DNA of 61,399 nt from Gemmatimonadota bacterium (GTDB lineage: Bacteria > Gemmatimonadota > Gemmatimonadetes > Gemmatimonadales > GWC2-71-9). Under the pieces are notes generated by a model. It did no database searches, was not told the origin of the DNA, and saw only the letters and a program-made list of their open reading frames with translations. Made by a program: the position numbers and the translations under genes. Below are positions 8,551 to 17,238 of this stretch, one piece after another. Every line of letters starts with the position of its first letter. The first letter of the stretch is position 1. The stretch spans positions 1-61,399 of the forward strand of contig JADFIT010000003.1 in NCBI GenBank assembly GCA_022566515.1, given 5' to 3'.

Positions 8551-9313
8551 GACCGCCTCCCGTCTTTTGACCTTCGTCTTCGTCGTCCTCAGGGGCAGAG
8601 ATCGGCAGGTGGAACTCGCCGCTTTGCTCCACACCGTTGACATCAATCTCCACGTGCATCTCGTACGTTCCCGCATCGCCGAAGAGATATTCCACCTCGT
8701 ACTCGCCGGCCCCCTCTTCCGCCACCACCAGAACACTCTCCTCGCCGGACAAGTCATGCATTTCGACTACCATGTCGAGACCGGGCGCAGGTTGATCGGG
8801 CATGCCGTCCGCCCCTATGGTGAATGCGTGCAAGTGAATGTGAGCCTCTTGGCCCGGCAGCACCTGTCCGGGTGACATCTCTACCTCCACCCAGTACGGA
8901 CCAACCACTATGTGGTAACGTTCCGCCTCGACCTCGAACTCCCCCATCTCATGCATCAAACGGTGTCTGGTGGGCATACCGCTGAACTGCAGATGGTATT
9001 CTCCAGGCTCGAAGAACATCACATGCGCGGCGTACCCGTCGCCTTCGGCATGCATTTCCACCGTGCGGGCCGCGCCGCTTTCGTGATGCTCAATCCGGAG
9101 AGCGCTCTGCAGCATCTGAACGTGCTGCCCCCCGTCGCTCACGTGGACGTGGATCTCCACTTCCTGATACGTCTCGAGACCAGCCGTTTCAATCTCGAAT
9201 TCCACATCCAGTGTGAGATCTTCGAGCGCTGTGGGGTTGTCTAAGCCTGCACAAGCAGCGGCAAACGCTGCCGTGACGGCAACCACCGCATATTTCGTCA
9301 AATGTCGCGCCAT
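8540..9313 (-). CDS. His-rich lipoprotein with two YtkA/FixH-like Ig-type repeats (candidate metal-binding protein)
   Basis: AAGAGGAGGAGACA precedes the ATG. Lipobox ...FAAAC. Two related modules (EIHVHV..EMHAEGDGY..GEYHLQF and EAHIHLHAF..EMHDL..GEYEVEY..YEMHVEI) and a C-terminal GGGHGH. Confidence 0.8.
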   Translation of the reverse strand: MARHLTKYAVVAVTAAFAAACAGLDNPTALEDLTLDVEFEIETAGLETYQEVEIHVHVSDGGQHVQMLQSALRIEHHESGAARTVEMHAEGDGYAAHVMFFEPGEYHLQFSGMPTRHRLMHEMGEFEVEAERYHIVVGPYWVEVEMSPGQVLPGQEAHIHLHAFTIGADGMPDQPAPGLDMVVEMHDLSGEESVLVVAEEGAGEYEVEYLFGDAGTYEMHVEIDVNGVEQSGEFHLPISAPEDDEDEGQKTGGGHGH

Positions 9314-9423
9314 TGTCTCCTCCTCTTATTTGTCCCCCGCAATACCGGGACATCGGTGCCGCCACGGCATCGACTACACCGACTGGCGGCGAATATGGAA
9401 GTCAGCTTCCGATTTCCTACATA

Positions 9424-9439
9424 AGCACGGTGCGTACCA
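9424..9439 (-). promoter_or_regulatory. Candidate sigma-54 (-24/-12) promoter for the lipoprotein-porin-cytochrome operon
   Basis: The minus strand reads CTGGTACGCACCGTGCTT. GG-N10-GC spacing is correct versus the consensus TGGCACG-N4-TTGCW. It sits about 110 nt upstream of ATG 9313, next to an NtrC-family activator gene. Confidence 0.4.
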
Positions 9440-9691
9440 GGTGGCAAGCAATTTATAACTCATTGTTCCAGTGGCACTTACGCCATCCTCGTCATTTGTG
9501 GGCTGGCGAAAGTGGGTGAAATACCCAATTTTATGTGGGGGATTTGCCCCATTTCTTGCTGTCAGGGAATGTTTCACTGGTCCTGGCCCCCGTTTTACGG
9601 GCGGTACGGAAGCACCAGGCGGAGGGCATCCTTCTTGCCCGGTGTCCGGGAGCATGGCCGCAGCAGAACGTGGTTAACCGAGAGCGGTAAG

Positions 9692-11533
9692 GTGTCGCGA
9701 ACTACCGGCAGACATGGTGGGTGGGAGGCGATCCCCCTTCGGGCGGGGCTCGGCCGGCGTATCCTGCATTGGTTTCTGGTGCTCTCGTTGATCCCGCTCG
9801 TTCTAACGAACTCGGTCGGCTATCTCATCTCCAAAAGCATTATCGAGGACCAAACCAGCCGCTACCTGAACGCCCTGACCGAAGGAGAGGCCCGCCACGT
9901 TGCGGCTGAAATCGCGCGCCATGAAGCGTCGTTGTCGGCCTTCGCCAGGGGGAACCGGGTCCTCACCGCGAGCCTCGAGGAAGCAGTCAGCAGCGCAACA
10001 CCGGCTTCGCAACGGACTCAGGCTCTTGCACGGCTTTCCGAACGTCTCAACCGCCAGCTCGGCGAACTGCGTCCGTTATCCGAACTGATGGTGATCGACA
10101 CTGCTGGAGTAGTGGTTGCTGCGACGAATCGCACTCGGGTCGGTGAGGAGTGGTCCCGGCCGAAATCGTCCCGGCTTGGAGAAGACAGCCATTCGTTCGC
10201 CGTCCGCGACGATGAGCGGGAGCGTGAACCGCACCTCGGGTTGGCGGTTCCGATCCAGAGCGACAGTGGAACAGATCTTGGCATCTTGGTGGGCACTGTA
10301 GCTTTCGACGAGCTTCAGGAATTTCTCCGCATACCACCCCACCTCGCAGGCGACGTACATACCTACCTCGTGGACGATACGGGCAGGCCTCTAGTGGTTT
10401 CCCACCGCCACGATGAGGTCGATTACGACCGTCCCCTCATGGGTGTACAGGAGCGTGTCGTGTCGAGGTATGCGAATTACGAAGGCAAGGAGGTTCTTGG
10501 TACGGCCGTACCCGTTCCAGGAACCGATTGGCGGTATGTGTCCGAGGTTTCAATAGCGAGTGCGTTCGGGCTGCTGCGGCGCATGGGCTTGTTTGCTGTC
10601 ACCTTCGAGGCGGCATTTGTGCTGCTGCTCCTCGCGGTAGTTTGGCTCGTTGCCGGCTCGATCATCGCACCGCTGCACCGGTTGGTTGGCGCGGCAGAGC
10701 GCATTCACGCCGGCGACCTCGGCGTGGAGGTCGAGATCGACCGGGACGACGAGATCGGAGATCTCGGCAGGACGTTCAACCAGATGTCCCGGGAGCTGCG
10801 TGAGTCGTCCCAGCGAATCACCGAACTCCACGACCAAGAAATGCGCCGCGCCGCCCAGTTGGCATCGGTAGGCGAGTTGGCCTCGGGTATTGCCCATGAG
10901 ATCAAGAATCCGCTGGTGGGGATACTCAGCGGAATCGACTTGCTGGCGCAGGAGGCGCGTACAGGAGACGCATCCAAAGCGGACGATTTCGCACGCGAGA
11001 TCCGCGTGCAGCTGCGGCGAATGGAGCGGGCGATCAATGACCTCCTCAGCTACGCGCGACCGAAGCCGCCCCGGCTAGTGTTGGCAAATGCGTCCGCCCT
11101 GGTGGAACGCATGATTCCACTCGTGAGGCCACAGGCCGATACTGGGGGCGTAGATATCGTGACGAAAACGGACGGAGACCAGGCACAGATCAGAGTGGAT
11201 CCTGAATTGATGACCCAAGCCCTCGTCAATCTCGCGTTGAACGGCATTCAGGCCATGGAACCAGGAGGCAGACTCGAGATTGCCACCGCACGCATCAACT
11301 CCGAGGTGCACATTGCGATTTCGGATTCGGGCCGGGGAATCCCGGAAGACCGGCTCACAGAGATTTTTCGCCCCTTCTTCACATCAAAACACCAGGGAAC
11401 GGGTTTGGGTCTCGCCATCACGCGAGGGATCGTGGAACGACACGGCGGCCGTCTGGAGGTTGAGAGCACAGTGGATGTCGGTTCGACGTTCCGCATCACT
11501 CTTCCGATTGCCACCGAGCAGGAGGTGGCTTGA
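9692..11533 (+). CDS. Sensor histidine kinase (two TM segments, periplasmic domain, HAMP, HisKA, HATPase_c; NtrB/AtoS-like)
   Basis: HAMP (IAPLHRLVGAAERIHAGDLG..DEIGDLGRTFNQM), H-box ASGIAHEIKNPL, and G-boxes GTGLGLAITRGIVERHGG. The start is set at in-frame GTG 9692 just before the first TM. The upstream part of the track ORF looks non-coding. Confidence 0.85.
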   Translation: MSRTTGRHGGWEAIPLRAGLGRRILHWFLVLSLIPLVLTNSVGYLISKSIIEDQTSRYLNALTEGEARHVAAEIARHEASLSAFARGNRVLTASLEEAVSSATPASQRTQALARLSERLNRQLGELRPLSELMVIDTAGVVVAATNRTRVGEEWSRPKSSRLGEDSHSFAVRDDEREREPHLGLAVPIQSDSGTDLGILVGTVAFDELQEFLRIPPHLAGDVHTYLVDDTGRPLVVSHRHDEVDYDRPLMGVQERVVSRYANYEGKEVLGTAVPVPGTDWRYVSEVSIASAFGLLRRMGLFAVTFEAAFVLLLLAVVWLVAGSIIAPLHRLVGAAERIHAGDLGVEVEIDRDDEIGDLGRTFNQMSRELRESSQRITELHDQEMRRAAQLASVGELASGIAHEIKNPLVGILSGIDLLAQEARTGDASKADDFAREIRVQLRRMERAINDLLSYARPKPPRLVLANASALVERMIPLVRPQADTGGVDIVTKTDGDQAQIRVDPELMTQALVNLALNGIQAMEPGGRLEIATARINSEVHIAISDSGRGIPEDRLTEIFRPFFTSKHQGTGLGLAITRGIVERHGGRLEVESTVDVGSTFRITLPIATEQEVA

Positions 11534-12909
11534 TGGCCCAACAGCGCCCCGTGATCGCCGTCGTCGATGACGAACTGCTTCACCGGACTTGGCTTGCCGA
11601 ACATCTCCAACGCGGCGGCTATGAGGTGGTGACTGCTGTAGATGGCAAAGAGGGCCGAGAGATCATACAACAGCAGAGCCCGGCGTTGATGTTGCTCGAC
11701 GTTCGCCTCCCCGGCGAGAGCGGTATCGACCTATTGAGTGTCTTCCGCGGCATGGACCGAGATCTCGTCATCATCATCATGACGGCGTACGGCGAAATCG
11801 AAACCGCCGTGCAGGCCCTCAAGGCGGGCGCCTACGACTTCCTGGAAAAACCGCTGGATGCAGACAACCTTCTGATCACAATCAAGAAGGCGCTCGAGAC
11901 CCGCCGACTGCGTCACGAAGTGGCCGTGCTGCGCGAGCAGCATCGTTGGCAGTTCGCCGACGTCGAGCTGGTCGGCCGGTCGGCGCTGATGCGAGAGCTT
12001 GCCGAAACGGTGAAGAAGATAGCGCGATCCGATTCCGCTACGGTCTTGCTGCTGGGCGAGAGCGGCACGGGAAAAGACCTGATCGCTCGGGCCATACATG
12101 CACAGAGCCGGCGGCGTGAGCGGCCGTTCCTTGCGGTAAACTGCACTGCGCTGCCGGATCAATTGCTCGAATCTGAGTTGTTCGGCCACGAGCGTGGCGC
12201 CTTCACAGACGCCCGGGAGCGGAAGAAGGGACTAGCCGAATTGGCGGACGGCGGCACCCTGTTCCTCGATGAGATAGGCGACATGTCCCGAGCGGCGCAG
12301 GCCAAGATCCTGCGATTCTTGGAGGATTCCACCTTCCGGCGCGTTGGCGGAACCTCGGACCTCAAGGTAGACGTCCGGGTGATAGCCGCGACCAACCGCA
12401 ATCTGGAGCATGCCGTAGCAGAGCGGTCGTTCCGAGAGGACCTGTACTACAGACTCAAAGTGATTCCAGTCACCGTACCGCCGCTGCGCGACCGGCCTGA
12501 AGACATCGAGCCGTTGGCTGCCTACTTCGTGGATAAGCTCGCTACGGAACTCCGGCGCTCACCTCCCAGAATCCCCGAGGAGACCCAACAGTTGCTGGAG
12601 ACGTATTCCTGGCCGGGCAACGTGCGGGAACTCCGCAACGTATTGGAACGCATACTCATTTTGGAAGACGCGGATGAGTTGCTGCCCGAACACCTTCCTC
12701 CGGAGATTCGCAACGGCGGGAAGCGATACGAGCAGGACGAGAATACAATTCGCCTGCCCGTTGATGGCGTTCGATTGGCTGATGTCGAGGCCGACCTCAT
12801 CCGCCAGGCCCTCGCCCGCACCGGCGGCAACGTGAGCAGAGCCGCCCGTCTGCTGGGCGTCTCACGGGATACGCTTCGCTATCGACTGGAGAAACACGAC
12901 GCCAACTGA
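11533..12909 (+). CDS. Sigma-54-dependent response regulator (REC + AAA+ + Fis HTH; NtrC family)
   Basis: ATG at 11533 preceded by AGGAGG. REC with LLDVRLPG, Walker A GESGTGKD, GAFTDA motif, and a C-terminal HTH (NVSRAARLLGVSRDTLRYRL). Confidence 0.92.
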   Translation: MAQQRPVIAVVDDELLHRTWLAEHLQRGGYEVVTAVDGKEGREIIQQQSPALMLLDVRLPGESGIDLLSVFRGMDRDLVIIIMTAYGEIETAVQALKAGAYDFLEKPLDADNLLITIKKALETRRLRHEVAVLREQHRWQFADVELVGRSALMRELAETVKKIARSDSATVLLLGESGTGKDLIARAIHAQSRRRERPFLAVNCTALPDQLLESELFGHERGAFTDARERKKGLAELADGGTLFLDEIGDMSRAAQAKILRFLEDSTFRRVGGTSDLKVDVRVIAATNRNLEHAVAERSFREDLYYRLKVIPVTVPPLRDRPEDIEPLAAYFVDKLATELRRSPPRIPEETQQLLETYSWPGNVRELRNVLERILILEDADELLPEHLPPEIRNGGKRYEQDENTIRLPVDGVRLADVEADLIRQALARTGGNVSRAARLLGVSRDTLRYRLEKHDAN

Positions 12910-12999
12910 CGGCCGCTCTGTACCATCGATCCCTTCTTTGCCGGCGTGATCTGCTGGGTCGTAGGCATTCCCGTCGTCCTTCCGTCCTTCCGTCCTTCT

Positions 13000-14481
13000 T
13001 TACACGGAGTAGTCCGACATGTTGATGCCGTAATCAAGGCCTTCGGTCACCTTGATGATCGACCGCCTGTAATTCCCCGTTTCGTCCACAGAGGCGAGAT
13101 CGACGAGTGCACTGCCATCAGTTCGGCCCCCTTCTGCCGTAACCACGATGCGCACGATTGGTCGATGCAACTGCGCCAAGTCGGGGTTGGCGCCGTGCAC
13201 CACCGCGATCTCGTAGGTATCGAGTATCACACACGTTCCCACCGGATAGACTCCCAAGAGGTTGATGAGTGCCTTGACCAATATCGGATCATACCCCAGG
13301 TCCTTGTTCTCCCGCATCTCCCGCAATACCTCGTCGGGTCGAACGGGAACTCCTTTGCCGAACGAACGTACGGGGGGAGTGTCGTAGCCATTGGCAACGG
13401 CGACGATCTTCGAGAACATGGACAATTGACGCGGTTCTATTGTTTTCGGAAAACCGCTGAGATCCGTCTTCATGTGATGTTCGTAGGAGGCGACCATGGC
13501 GCGGTACGGAATCTCGCCGTGTCCGCGAAGCCCAAACAGGGCCAACACACCCTGCCACGGATGGGTTCTCACCACTTCCTCCTGCTCCTCCGTGAGCGGC
13601 ACCTCGCTGTTTAGAATCTCGAGCGGAATCCGGCTCTTGCCGAAATCATGGAGCAGTCCGGCCATGCCTAGATCATACAGTTGCAGCTTGGTGAGTCCTA
13701 TACGCTTGCCGATCGATACGCTGAAGATGCAGACGTTCACCGAGTGAGTGAAAATCTGCTCGTCGTACCCGCGCACCACGGTGAGCCCCACAAGCGACAC
13801 CTCGTTTCTCAACACCTGGTCGACGATGCTCTGGACCGCCCGCTTGATCTTCTTGGCGCTCGCTGTTCTACCCATACGAACACCGCCGATCAACTCCTTG
13901 GTCACGGCGACTGACCGTTCGTAGGCGCGTTTCGCGACATCCTTGGCTTCCTCTGAATCGCCAAACGCTTCGTCATGCTCCGGCGGTGGCTTGAGCAGTA
14001 TGTGCGTGATGCCCCCCTGGGCCATCCTCTGCCACAAGCCTGACAGATCGGGAACCCCGTCACTGGGGGCGTATGCAAGCAGTTGTGAGAGAAAAATCTG
14101 CCATTCGCGGCGCTGCACCCCTTCCTCCACATCCACCATGCCTATTCCGCATTGCCGCAATGTCGTGAGGACGTGGCTGAACGTCGCATAGTTGTTGAGG
14201 TTGAGGCGCAGGCGGACGGAATTGACATAGAGGAACTCGTGGGACACTCTGAGTTCGAGCGCGCCCTCGACCTCATAGAGACTCCGGGCCGTGTCAAAGA
14301 TGCTGTCGAGCGCCCGCTGTACCTGGTCATTTTCGACCGGATACAGCTTGAGGCTGCGTAGGGCGCTGTAGAAGGCAATCAGGAAATCACGCCCGTGCTC
14401 CCGTATGGAGCCCTCGGAACTCTCCATGGCCAGGGCCAAGGATTTCCGCGGCTTTGGCGCCGGAACCTTTGGCTCGGTCAC
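13000..14481 (-). CDS. HD-domain protein with degenerate HD-GYP signature
   Basis: LLHDFGKSRIP plus YEHHMKTDLSGFPK (consensus HHExxDGSGYP). GTGA overlap with the upstream HEAT gene. About 140 aa of the N-terminus resembles the N-terminus of that neighbour. Confidence 0.85.
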   Translation of the reverse strand: MTEPKVPAPKPRKSLALAMESSEGSIREHGRDFLIAFYSALRSLKLYPVENDQVQRALDSIFDTARSLYEVEGALELRVSHEFLYVNSVRLRLNLNNYATFSHVLTTLRQCGIGMVDVEEGVQRREWQIFLSQLLAYAPSDGVPDLSGLWQRMAQGGITHILLKPPPEHDEAFGDSEEAKDVAKRAYERSVAVTKELIGGVRMGRTASAKKIKRAVQSIVDQVLRNEVSLVGLTVVRGYDEQIFTHSVNVCIFSVSIGKRIGLTKLQLYDLGMAGLLHDFGKSRIPLEILNSEVPLTEEQEEVVRTHPWQGVLALFGLRGHGEIPYRAMVASYEHHMKTDLSGFPKTIEPRQLSMFSKIVAVANGYDTPPVRSFGKGVPVRPDEVLREMRENKDLGYDPILVKALINLLGVYPVGTCVILDTYEIAVVHGANPDLAQLHRPIVRIVVTAEGGRTDGSALVDLASVDETGNYRRSIIKVTEGLDYGINMSDYSV

Positions 14482-16178
14482 AAACCGATCTCCCTCAACG
14501 CACTGCCGACGGCGTTCCTAACGAGCGGGTCCTTGACCCCCTTCGCTTTCTCCAGAGCGGCTCTTGCCTCTGGCGTACCAATCTTTCCCAGCGCCAGGGC
14601 TGCACACGCTCTCGTCTCGGGATCGTCTTTACGCCTGAACATCCTTTTCGCGTTCAACATTTGGTATAGCGGATCCACACCGGCATTTCCGCAAAACAGC
14701 CCGTACGCCTCGAAGAAAGGCTTCTTCTCGGTCAGATCGGCGCCCCTAAGGGCCCTTCCGCTGATCACGGCCTCCACCTTCTGGAGGACCCCGGGGTATC
14801 TGTGTTGCACGCAATACTGAATACTAGCGATGCGTATGCCGCGATCTTCGTCTTCAACAGACCTTTCGAGTTGTTTCATCGCAGAAGCGGAACCGATCGC
14901 TCCCAAAGCATCTACCGCTGCGCGTCGGATTTCAGTGTCGGCATGCCGCAGCAACCTGCCGAAATCCGGGACCAACCTCGCAACCTTCAAGCTCGAGGTG
15001 AGTTGAAGGGTCTGCAACAGCACCGCGGTATCGCTGGTCTTGAGCGCAGTCACGACCTGCTCCGGATGTTCCTGAGCAACGCGCTCCGCCACCTGCCGAA
15101 GCGTCTCCCTCACACGCTCGTTCGTGAGCTTGGGCATCCACGCCAGCACTGTATCGAGCACGTGAGGCCCTAGTTCGCCGAAGAAGTCTGCAATATCGTC
15201 TTTCGTTGGCTGCACCGCCGCGTCGTCCAGCGATTGAATCAACTGACCGAGGGCCGTCGGGTTCGAAAGCTTCACCGGAAGCGCCGTGATGGCCTGGCGG
15301 TGATCGGGAGTCAACTCCTGTGTCTCATCGAGAAGCTTCCTCAGCCGACGTACCACTAGCGTCACCGATTGGAAATCGCCGACCCCGAGTAGGTGCGGAA
15401 GAAAGCTGTCGATAATCGAAATAATCTCACCACGGACTTTGGTATTCTGCTGTAGCTCGAACACTTCGAACAGAATCTCCAGCACCTTGGCGCGAAGGTT
15501 TTGTTGGTACTCCTGGTCGATCTCGCCCGTGAGGTACTCGACCTCCCAGTCGTCCAGGAAGTAGAGCGTGGAGTGAAAATCATCTACGTCGACCACGCCC
15601 TCCGGTGTATCCCCGGAAGCCTCTACTTCCCGCAAAAGGCGTCCTCTGATCTCCCCCGGCGATACAGGAGTCGACTCGCTTTGGGACACAGGGGTGTCCG
15701 CTTGAATGCGCGGAACGTCGTCGGAGCTTATTTCGACAAACCCATAGCGCAGGTGCTGAAAATCCTCCTCCCACAACAACGTGAGGAGATCGTCCGGATC
15801 CTCCGCCGCGAGTAAACGCGCATCCTTGATGACATGGAGAAACGCGATAATCTCCCTGTCTTCCACGCCCGGTGACAGCGTCAAAGAGCGCACTCCGTCT
15901 TTGAACAATGTCCACGGGATGCTGTCGGACTTGTCTTCCTGCGACAACACCTTCTTGTCTTCCCATAGCAGGGCAGACTCGGACACCTGCAACTGCAGTT
16001 CATCCAATCGCTGCCAGACAAGAGTGAGCGCCCCTCGCAGGGCGTCGACGGCCTGGAGGTAGATTTTATTGTTGGAGCTGTATAACTGGACGGCACTGAG
16101 CGCTTTCCAGAGAATCTGCAGCAGATTCTCGACTACGTAGCTCTCGTCGGCGCCACCGGGCTTTATGGGCTGCGTCAC
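14478..16178 (-). CDS. HEAT-repeat protein
   Basis: C-terminal HEAT/PBS-lyase-type repeats (RRAAVDALGAIGSASAMKQL, IRIASIQ, ACAALALGKIGTPEARAALE, LVRNAVGSAL). 566 aa with a GTG start. Confidence 0.8.
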   Translation of the reverse strand: MTQPIKPGGADESYVVENLLQILWKALSAVQLYSSNNKIYLQAVDALRGALTLVWQRLDELQLQVSESALLWEDKKVLSQEDKSDSIPWTLFKDGVRSLTLSPGVEDREIIAFLHVIKDARLLAAEDPDDLLTLLWEEDFQHLRYGFVEISSDDVPRIQADTPVSQSESTPVSPGEIRGRLLREVEASGDTPEGVVDVDDFHSTLYFLDDWEVEYLTGEIDQEYQQNLRAKVLEILFEVFELQQNTKVRGEIISIIDSFLPHLLGVGDFQSVTLVVRRLRKLLDETQELTPDHRQAITALPVKLSNPTALGQLIQSLDDAAVQPTKDDIADFFGELGPHVLDTVLAWMPKLTNERVRETLRQVAERVAQEHPEQVVTALKTSDTAVLLQTLQLTSSLKVARLVPDFGRLLRHADTEIRRAAVDALGAIGSASAMKQLERSVEDEDRGIRIASIQYCVQHRYPGVLQKVEAVISGRALRGADLTEKKPFFEAYGLFCGNAGVDPLYQMLNAKRMFRRKDDPETRACAALALGKIGTPEARAALEKAKGVKDPLVRNAVGSALREIGL

Positions 16179-16473
16179 GACCTGGCTACCGTCATCGTAT
16201 GGACGCCATCATGCCGCGGCACGGGCCGGCCGCCCTCAGGGATCGCGTCGGTGGCCCCGCCATTCAGAGTCGGGTCGACGGCAAAGCACGCCATTGCCCT
16301 CACCGATCGCCACCACGGGAGTTCTAATGCCCCGGCGACGGCGTCGCCGTGTTGCCTGTTCACGGGCACTAAAGTACTGCGATATCGGCAGTTACGCCAC
16401 TGGTACCCACATCTGGCCGGCAGCTCGATACCGGTGGTTTGGCTGGAAGAAAGTGATGAGATCTTCACGACCT

Positions 16474-17109
16474 TCAACCGCTGCCCGGCGCCGCCACATT
16501 GCCCTCCACGGCTGGCACGCCGGCGGCAGACGGTTCTGCCGGCCCTTGGGCAGCCGGCTGGGGTCGCTCCTGCAGAATCGGCTGAGACGGCACACTGCAG
16601 CCCCACGTGGCCTGCTCCATGGCGTATCCCACGCGTGGGAGTACCTGTCCTGCACCGAGAACGAGACCCCAGACGATGAGTCCTTGAGACACGATGTGAG
16701 CCAGAACGAACCGATTTTTCCACGCGAATGAGCCGCCCCACACTCCGGTCACGATCACCATCCCCACGGCGGCCAGGTAGAGCCCGAGTTCGAAGCCGCA
16801 GGCGTGGGCATAGGGCCACTGCGTCATCGCGCCGGCCACGAGGCAGCCGATCGCGATCCGAGCCCACGTGCCGAGCCAACCGCTCTCGGAAGCCCTGCCA
16901 ACTTTCGGAGCCCCCAGCGACTGCTCGGCCGAAGCCACAGGCCTCGCTCCGGGCGTAGACGGTCGAGATCGCCTGGTAGCTTTGGCAGTCTGAGCCGGTT
17001 TGGCCGTCGAGGCATCGCCTCCGAAGAAAAGGCCTTCCAGAAGACGATCCACGATCGCAGCGTCCTTCCGCTGCCCGGGGTCGGGCTGCGGCCCCTTGCT
17101 TCCGCTCAT
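16474..17109 (-). CDS. Hypothetical polytopic membrane protein
   Basis: Four hydrophobic helices (IAIGCLVAGAM.., LGLYLAAVGMVIVTGVW.., FVLAHIVSQGLIVWGLVLGAG). Hand-counted GC3 is 18/20 in this frame versus 7/20 in the overlapping 328-aa frame. GC3 drops upstream of ATG 17109, so that start is preferred. Confidence 0.6.
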   Translation of the reverse strand: MSGSKGPQPDPGQRKDAAIVDRLLEGLFFGGDASTAKPAQTAKATRRSRPSTPGARPVASAEQSLGAPKVGRASESGWLGTWARIAIGCLVAGAMTQWPYAHACGFELGLYLAAVGMVIVTGVWGGSFAWKNRFVLAHIVSQGLIVWGLVLGAGQVLPRVGYAMEQATWGCSVPSQPILQERPQPAAQGPAEPSAAGVPAVEGNVAAPGSG

Positions 17110-17238
17110 GACCGCAAAGCCGACGGCCGACGAACCAGCATCTACACTCCTCCTCTGACAAGCTTCTCGGTGGGCTATTTCAAGGTCACTCATCGAGCGG
17201 CGAGTAGCTGTGAGAGGAGTCACAAGGCTGGCGACGGG

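Noticed and set aside
7450-8640. 396-aa plus-strand ORF
   Set aside because: It is entirely antisense to the well-supported porin and lipoprotein genes. It is Arg/His/Pro-rich with no motifs, a typical shadow ORF of G+C-rich DNA.
9512-9691. Upstream 60 codons of the histidine-kinase track ORF
   Set aside because: It is Cys/Trp/Arg-rich with no signal or TM and lies in the AT-richer divergent promoter region. The GTG at 9692 precedes the first TM helix.
12975-12999. CCGTCCTT x3 micro-repeat between the convergent ntrC-like and HD genes
   Set aside because: It is very short, has no hairpin, and is not found elsewhere in the window, so it is likely incidental.
16179-16473. 295-nt gap between the membrane-protein gene and the HEAT gene as a hidden small gene or RNA
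   Set aside because: Hand-counted G+C by codon position over 16201-16300 is 76, 79 and 61%, with no clear periodicity. No start/RBS or convincing structure or promoter motif was found. It is left unannotated.
16175-17161. 328-aa minus-strand ORF overlapping the membrane-protein gene
   Set aside because: Hand-counted GC3 over 16741-16800 is 7/20 in this frame versus 18/20 in the 16474..17109 frame. The product is Arg/Gly/Cys-rich with no helices or motifs.
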